This document shows positions 1 to 5,088 of a DNA stretch of 5,088 bases, one piece after another. Source of the DNA: Octopus sinensis (Eukaryota); contig NW_021830145.1 in NCBI RefSeq assembly GCF_006345805.1, positions 1-5,088 of the forward strand, given 5' to 3'. Each line of letters starts with the position of its first letter. The stretch's first letter is position 1. The notes beneath the pieces were generated by a model. The model saw only the letters and a list, made by a program, of their open reading frames with translations, was not told the DNA's origin and searched no databases. A program made the position numbers and the translations under genes.

Positions 1-217
1 CTTAACTGGTACATCACACGTATTGAGAAGAGCTTGTCGATGTGAGAACTGTTGCTGCTCATGTATTTTAATTTAGCTTTAAAAAAAAAATAAAAAAATA
101 AAAATGAACGAACAGAGTTTTGGTTTAATGGCCTACCAATGTATACTATGAGTTTCTTTGCCCTAGAGTCGGGAAGACACCGGCAAGAAATAGGAGCAAA
201 TTTGAAAGAAGAAAAAA
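1..217 (+). mobile_element. Element A: extreme 3' end (last codons plus 3' UTR) of an RLE-type, Dong/R4-like non-LTR retrotransposon; continues upstream of the window
   Basis: 2-33 reads LTGTSHVLRR(A), then after a 1-nt frameshift LSM-stop (TGA 43-45). This matches the C-terminus of B (LTGTAHVLRRALSL*) and C (LMGTAHI.RKILSM*). 138-217 aligns with B's 3' UTR and runs directly into (TAA)n. Confidence 0.85.
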
Positions 218-224
218 AATAATA

Positions 225-257
<33 letters not shown>

Positions 258-270
258 ATAATAATAATAA
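218..270 (+). repeat. (TAA)n microsatellite, tail of A and target of B
   Basis: About 17 TAA units with two interruptions (TAG at 226-228, CAA at 256-258). Confidence 0.97.
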
Positions 271-469
271 AGACCTGCTAATAGCAATTGAAAAAATGAG
301 GCATCTCAAAGCAACTACAGTACCAGTGATTGTAGGATCTCTAGGAATGATGAAAAAAGGTACTAAAACCTATTTGAATATGATTCCAGGCTTACCATCC
401 CCACAGAAATTGCAAAAAATCGTATTAACTGGAACGGCTCATGTACTGAGAAGAGCACTATCACTGTGA
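269..469 (+). pseudogene. C-terminal 66 codons of an RLE endonuclease domain (not in the supplied ORF track)
   Basis: Manual translation: KDLLIAIEKMRHLKATTVPVIVGSLGMMKKGTKTYLNMIPGLPSPQKLQKIVLTGTAHVLRRALSL*. It begins inside the (KY)KDL motif and is about half identical by eye to the C-terminus of element C. Confidence 0.88.
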
Positions 470-635
470 AAACAACATCCATCCATGAATTTATTTATTT
501 ATTAATTTTAAATACATATTGTATCTGTGAATTTGCGCGTTGTAATCTGGGAATGCATACAGGAGCTTCTCTGCCTCGTGTATGGAAAACACTCGGCGAG
601 AAACGGAAGAAATTTGAAGAAAGAAGGAAAAAACA
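269..635 (+). mobile_element. Element B: severely 5'-truncated Dong/R4-like retrotransposon (C-terminal RLE coding end plus 3' UTR)
   Basis: Coding remnant 269-469 followed by a 3' UTR 470-635 homologous to A's, ending AAAC-ATAATAAT. Confidence 0.88.
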
Positions 636-682
636 TAATAATAATAATAATAATATAATAATAATAATAACAATAAAATAAT
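636..682 (+). repeat. Degenerate (TAA)n microsatellite, tail of B
   Basis: TAA units with a TATAA phase break near 653 and CAA/AAA interruptions at 671-680. Confidence 0.95.
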
Positions 683-1246
683 AGTTCCAAATGCCCTGAT
701 GCAGTACCAGGCAGTGGCTCTCATCCATGGCTTCTGATCTAACTGATTGGAAGTGTTATCATGTACATTGTTTTGTCTTGGTATAAAAGATGGGCTACAG
801 CAAATATTCTCAATAACACACAGATTTGCTTGTCAGTTATTTGACCTTAAGTAGTTGAACATGTCCCTTAGTGGCTGACGATATGTGCATCTCTGATCAC
901 GAGCAGAAGTAGTGGGGGAGCATCATAGCCATGTGTTGAGAGGGATTCTTGGGGTTTGAATAATTCACCTCTGGAAACATGGGGTGTTCTTTCAACATCC
1001 TTAAACAACCCTTATTCAGGGACCTTTGAGCGGGATGGGCTACTCAACCTGAAGAAAATTCTAACTGGGCCCCACCTGCAAGGTCATGTGCTGTTTATCT
1101 TGATATGAGATCACCATGTTCTGCACATATGATTGTGATCCATGTACCTGGTGTACCCTTATCAGATGGGTAGTCGTGATGGGTATACTGGGCTCGTATA
1201 TTTTACCCCAGTGTCACTTTGATGGCATGCACTGCTCTCTCACTCA
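683..1246. mobile_element. Element D: ~560-nt non-coding element between TAA tracts, probably non-autonomous (SINE-like or an orphan LINE 3' UTR); + orientation weakly favoured
   Basis: It is more GC-rich than its flanks, has no ORF in the track, and is bounded by TAA tracts on both sides. 1098-1246 is homologous to 3658-3798 of element E, so the sequence is repeated. Confidence 0.7.
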
Positions 1247-1248
1247 AG

Positions 1249-1270
1249 AATAATAATAATCATTAATATA
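1249..1270 (+). repeat. Short degenerate (TAA)n tract between D and C
   Basis: AATAATAATAATCATTAATATA, merging into the ATA ACA codons of element C. Confidence 0.85.
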
Positions 1271-3301
1271 ACAATATTAACAACAGTGTATGAAATGCTA
1301 ACATCTGTCTTGACTGAATATACCCATAGTTTTTGAAATGGAAAGCGACATATTCGCTAATGTGCAAAAAGGATGTAAACGTGGATCCTATGGTTGTAAA
1401 TATCAGCTACTCATCACTAAGAGGATTTAGGAAAATTGTCACAAACCACACAAAAACTTGTCGATAGCCTGGATAGACTATAAAAAAGCTTTTGATAGTC
1501 TACCACATAGCTTGAATAAGAATTGACTAGAAATGTATATAATAGCACCTACTCTGCGAAACTTTTTGACTGTAAGTATGAGATCATGGAGAACCACAAT
1601 GAATCTCTCAATGCTGGAGATGTAAGAATTTCATGTGGCATTTTCCAGGCTGACTCTCTATCACCACTCCTCTTTTGTCTAGCCTTAATACCTCTCTCAA
1701 AATTGCTCCATGATGTACTGTATGGTTATAAAATGTTTGATAAAAATATAAATTATCTCATTTACATGGAGGATTTAAAGCTCTTTGCAAAAAATGACCA
1801 ACAACTACAGGGCTTACTAGCAATTGTTAAAAAGTTCAGTGATGACATCAGGATGCAATTAAACCTCGATAAATGTACAAAGGCTATCTTAATCAAAGGG
1901 AAAATGACGGAAACATCCAATATTAATTTTGAGCAGCAGAATGTCATAAAGGGGTTAGAACCAACGGAGAGCTACAAGTACCTAGGGGTAATTGAAGGGG
2001 ACGGAATAAGGCATTCAGTGATGAAGAAACGGATCAGAAAAGAATGTTATCGAACGGTAACAGCAATACTCACGACAGAGCTGAATGCGAGAAACAGGTT
2101 CGAAGCGATCAATACTTTAGCCATACCAGTCGTGACTTACAGTTTTAATATCGTTAACTGGTCAATTACTGAAATATGCAATATTGACAGAAAAATACGA
2201 TAATTGTTGACAATGCATAGAATGCACCACCCTAAGGCAGATATGGAACGACTTTATCTTCCAAGAAAAGAGGGAGGCCGCGGACTTTTACAACTGGAAT
2301 TAACAATGACGATTGCCACAGTTGGCCTAGGCATCTATCTGAAAAACTCTGAGGACAGGATGTTAAAACTTGTTTCAAAACACGAAAACAAGAAAGCATT
2401 CATACTCAGTAACAAAATAGGCAGAGGAATATTTAAGTGAATTCCAAATACAACAAATTCCAGAATTAGACGTACTAGAAACAAGTGCAGAAAAAGCCAA
2501 TCGTATGAAAACCCGAGCTAAAACTGCTGCCTTAGATATTCTTACTGATAAATAGCAATAAAAACCTCTCAATGGCAAATACCCAAAGAGAGCTAATAGT
2601 GCCGATGTAGACGAAGCCCTTACTTATCAATGGTTAGTGTCTTCTGGTTTAAAATCAGAAACAGAATGGTTTATCCTAGCAGCCCAATATCACTGCTTAC
2701 CTACAAGAAATTACCAGGCCAACATATTGAAGAACGGCAGCTGCCCAAAGTGTCGTGTATGTCAACAACAAAATGAAACCATTGATCATGGTGTCTTAAA
2801 GTGCAGTCTTCTAGCGCCTACAGAGTACATCAACAGACATGATAGAGCTGCACAATATATTCACTGGGTAATTTGCAAAAACCTGAACCTGCTCCATGAT
2901 AAAAACTGCTGGGAACACAAACTACATCCAGTGTTTGAGAATGATCATATCTCACTCCTCTGGAGCTTTACCATTCAAACTGACAGAGAGGTAGATGCGA
3001 ATAGGCCAGACATCATATTGAAAGACTTCAGACAAAGAACATGCCTCCTCATTGATATGACTGTCCCAATCGATTAAACGTATCTGTCAAGACCTACCAA
3101 AAACTGAGCAAATATAAAGATCTTGAAATAGAAATTGGCAAAATGTGGATCCTGAAGACTAAAACAATACTTATTAGGAATAACACGAAAAGGGGCTGGT
3201 TGCTACGTTGCACAGATACCAGGAAATCCCCAAATGGCAGAAATTCAAAAGATAGTGCTCATGGGAACTGCCCACATCCACGTAAAATACTGTCTATGTA
3301 A
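1268..3301 (+). pseudogene. Disrupted RT-zinc knuckle-RLE polyprotein of element C
   Basis: RT motifs: IT.LTT.Y (1268-1291), QKGC (1365-1376), WIDYKKAFDS (1470-1499), GIFQADSLSPLLF (QAD 1646-1654, normally QGD), YMED (1763-1774, normally YMDD), YKYLG, and the post-RT LYLPRKEGGRGL. Zinc knuckle C-X2-C-X8-H-X4-C at 2751-2804. RLE motifs: RHD (2835-2843), RPD (3003-3011), IDMTVP and KLSKYKDL. Terminal TAA at 3299-3301. In-frame stops occur at 1428, 2201, 2553 and 2559, with frameshifts near 1335, 1520, 1595, 2400, 3075, 3170 and 3280. Confidence 0.93.
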
Positions 3302-3489
3302 TCTCAAATTTTATAACAAATATAATTTTCTTGTGTTTTCTTAAACATTCTCTTGAACAATACTATGTACAAAACCAAATATATGACACCCTAGGCATAA
3401 CACCAACATGAACTTCTAACTTATTGTCTCCTGAGGTCTCTGGGTGAGACTTGCAGCCAATTTGTACAAATACAAAGTAGAAGTCAAAC

Positions 3490-3492
<3 letters not shown>
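1268..3492 (+). mobile_element. Element C: 5'-truncated (~2.2 kb) decayed RLE-type non-LTR retrotransposon, R4 clade/Dong-like
   Basis: Domain order is RT, CCHC zinc knuckle, RLE, 3' UTR (3302-3492), then (TAA)25. RT plus a C-terminal RLE and TAA-repeat flanks match the established organisation and target preference of Dong-type R4 elements. Clade assignment is from motifs and target only, not phylogeny. Confidence 0.92.

Positions 3493-3567
<75 letters not shown>
3493..3567 (+). repeat. Perfect (TAA)25 microsatellite, tail of C
   Basis: 75 nt of uninterrupted TAA. Confidence 0.98.
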
Positions 3568-3569
<2 letters not shown>

Positions 3570-3798
3570 TTTCCTCTTAAATACGAGATGGCTCGACATT
3601 CTCTTAAATAGAGACAGGTCGTCTATGGAAAATGAAATGCCAATTAATGTTTGGGCCTCTTGAGACAGATCACCATGTCGCGCACATATAGTTATGACGC
3701 ATGTGCCCTTATTAGCCGGGTAGTTATGATGGTATATTGGAGCTTTGTGTATTTGTACCCCAGAGTCACTTTGATAGCATGCGATGCTTCCTCACTCA
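3568..3798. mobile_element. Element E: ~230-nt non-coding element sharing its terminal module with D
   Basis: 3667-3798 aligns with D 1108-1246 (roughly three-quarters identical by eye, one ~9-nt gap), and both end CTCACTCA before TAA repeats. 3568-3650 is only weakly similar to D. Confidence 0.7.
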
Positions 3799-3820
3799 TA
3801 ATATAATAATGATAATAATA

Positions 3821-3874
<54 letters not shown>

Positions 3875-3932
3875 TAATACTGATAATAATCATAATAATA
3901 ATAATAATAATAATAATAATATAATAATAATA

Positions 3933-4001
<69 letters not shown>
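3799..4001 (+). repeat. Long degenerate (TAA)n microsatellite (~200 nt)
   Basis: TAA runs broken by TATAA phase shifts and TGA/TAC/TCA variants (e.g. 3810-3812, 3872-3893). Confidence 0.97.
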
Positions 4002-5088
4002 GGCCTCGATAAATGCGCAAAAGCTACCTTTATCAAAGGAAAAATGACAGAAACATCTAACGTTAACCTTGACCAGCAGAATGTCATAAAAGACTTAGAC
4101 CCAGCAGAGAACTACAAGTATCTAGGGGTAATTGAAGGAGAAGGAATAGGTGCATTCAGAGATGAAGGAAAGGATCAGGAGAGAATGCTATCGCAGAGTA
4201 AGAGCAATACTCAAGACAGAGCTGAATGCGAGAAACAGGATCGAAGCGATCAATGCATTAGCCACACCAGTCGTGACTTACAGTTTCAGTATCGTTAACT
4301 GGTCAATTACTGAAATATGTAATCTTGACAGAAAAATACGAAAACTGTTGACAATGCATATAAAACCACCCCTAGAGCAGATACAGAATGACTTTATCTG
4401 CCAAGAAAAGAGGAGGCCGTGGACTTTTACAACTGGCAATAACAATGAAGATTGCTACAATTGGCCTAGACACCTACCTGAAAAACTCCTGAGGACTGGA
4501 TGTTAAAACTTGTCTCAAAACACTGAAACAAGAAAGCATCATACTCATAACAAAACGGGCAAAAGGAATATCTAAGTGATTCCGAATACAACAAATTTCG
4601 GAATTAGAGATAGTCATACAAGAAACAGGCACAGAAAAAGCTAAGCGCATGAAAACCCGTGCTAAATCTGCGGCCTTAGATATTCTGAATGATAAATGGA
4701 AAGAAAAACCTCTCTAATGGCAAATACCAAAGAGAGCAAATAATGCAGATGTTGACAAAGCCCTGACCCATCAATGGCTAATGGCCTCTTGCTTAAAATC
4801 TGAAACAGTGGGGTTTATCATAGAGCAGCTCAAGATCAATGCCTCCAACAAGAAACTACCAGGCCAACATATTAAAGATCAGAAGCAGTCCCACGTGTCG
4901 TGTATGCAAGCAACAAAATGAAACCATTGATCAATGTGGTTCTCCAAGTGCAGTCTTCGAGCGCCTACAGAGTATCTCAACAGGCACGATAGAGCTTCAC
5001 AATATATTTACTGAGTAATCTATAAAACCTGGATTTGCCCCATGACAAAAACTGGTGGAACACAAACCACCCACAGTGCTTGAAAATG
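4002..5088 (+). mobile_element. Element F: second, 5'-truncated decayed copy of the element-C family; runs off the window end
   Basis: Colinear with C 1863-2943, with 24 mismatches in the first ~144 aligned nt (~83%). It reads GLDKCAKATFIKGK...YKYLG, has a +1 frameshift near 4150, a frameshifted zinc knuckle at 4896-4951, RHD at 4982-4990 and a TGG>TGA stop at 5012-5014. Confidence 0.92.

Noticed and set aside
81-104. A-rich run as a poly(A) tail or separate retro-insertion
   Set aside because: It lies inside A's 3' UTR at the position where B has another low-complexity AT stretch, and no target-site duplication is visible.
696-702. CTGATG as a hammerhead ribozyme core
   Set aside because: It reads CTGATGC rather than CTGANGA, and no GAAA follows a stem II.
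466-728. ORFs 466..681(+), 491..724(-), 495..728(-), 508..690(-)
   Set aside because: They are 3' UTR plus microsatellite read as poly-N/I/Y/L, with no protein signal.
909-959. Frame reading VVGEHHSHVLRGILGV* resembling the RLE C-terminal HVLR motif
   Set aside because: Only four residues match, and upstream RLE motifs are absent or at the wrong spacing, so it is treated as chance.
683-1246. HDV-like ribozyme in D, as known at the 5' ends of some R2/R4-type elements
   Set aside because: No complete P3-L3/P1.1/J4-2 arrangement was found by eye on either strand. The nearest L3-like word (minus strand near 895-905) lacks the third P3 pair and the downstream GG. A descriptor search would be needed to exclude it fully.
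692-1246. D as a solo LTR (TG at 692, CA at 1246, TATA box)
   Set aside because: There is no 4-6 bp target-site duplication, terminal inverted repeat or AATAAA. The terminal T and A can equally belong to the flanking AAT repeats, and E shares only one end.
1523-2203. 226-aa ORF as an intact RT gene
   Set aside because: The first ~25 residues are out of the true RT frame, the upstream RT motifs lie in another frame with stops, QGD and YMDD are mutated (QAD, YMED), and the end is a premature AAA>TAA stop.
1762-2578. Antisense ORFs 1762..1947 and 2375..2578
   Set aside because: They are short shadows opposite the RT pseudogene with no recognisable motifs.
3493-3567. (TAA)n as telomeric repeat
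   Set aside because: It is not a TTAGG or TTAGGG-type motif, and it is internal and interspersed.
218-4001. Repeat-spacer alternation suggestive of a CRISPR-like array
   Set aside because: The repeats are variable-length microsatellites, the spacers are 0.2-2.2 kb transposon pieces, and there is no cas gene in this eukaryotic-type context.
3363-4087. Minus-strand ORFs 3363..3599, 3796..4020, 3890..4087 with poly-Tyr/Ile/Leu
   Set aside because: These are translations of (TTA)n and artefacts of the repeat.

Overview
This AT-rich eukaryotic window contains no host gene. It is a head-to-tail stack of six mobile-element fragments, each separated by a (TAA)n microsatellite. Four fragments (A 1-217, B 269-635, C 1268-3492, F 4002-5088) are decayed, co-oriented (+) non-LTR retrotransposons with a reverse transcriptase (RT), CCHC zinc knuckle and restriction-like endonuclease (RLE). 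Their TAA flanks point to the R4 clade, Dong-like group. The other two (D 683-1246, E 3568-3798) are non-coding, have no recognisable tRNA head, and share a ~135-nt terminal module ending CACTCA-(TAA)n. They are the least explained sequences here and are candidate non-autonomous (SINE-like) passengers of the TAA-targeting machinery. The 3' UTRs of A and B carry a stem-loop with a compensatory base-pair change. All alignments and identities were done by eye, and no database search was run. Similarity to cephalopod-type repeat landscapes is an unverified recollection.
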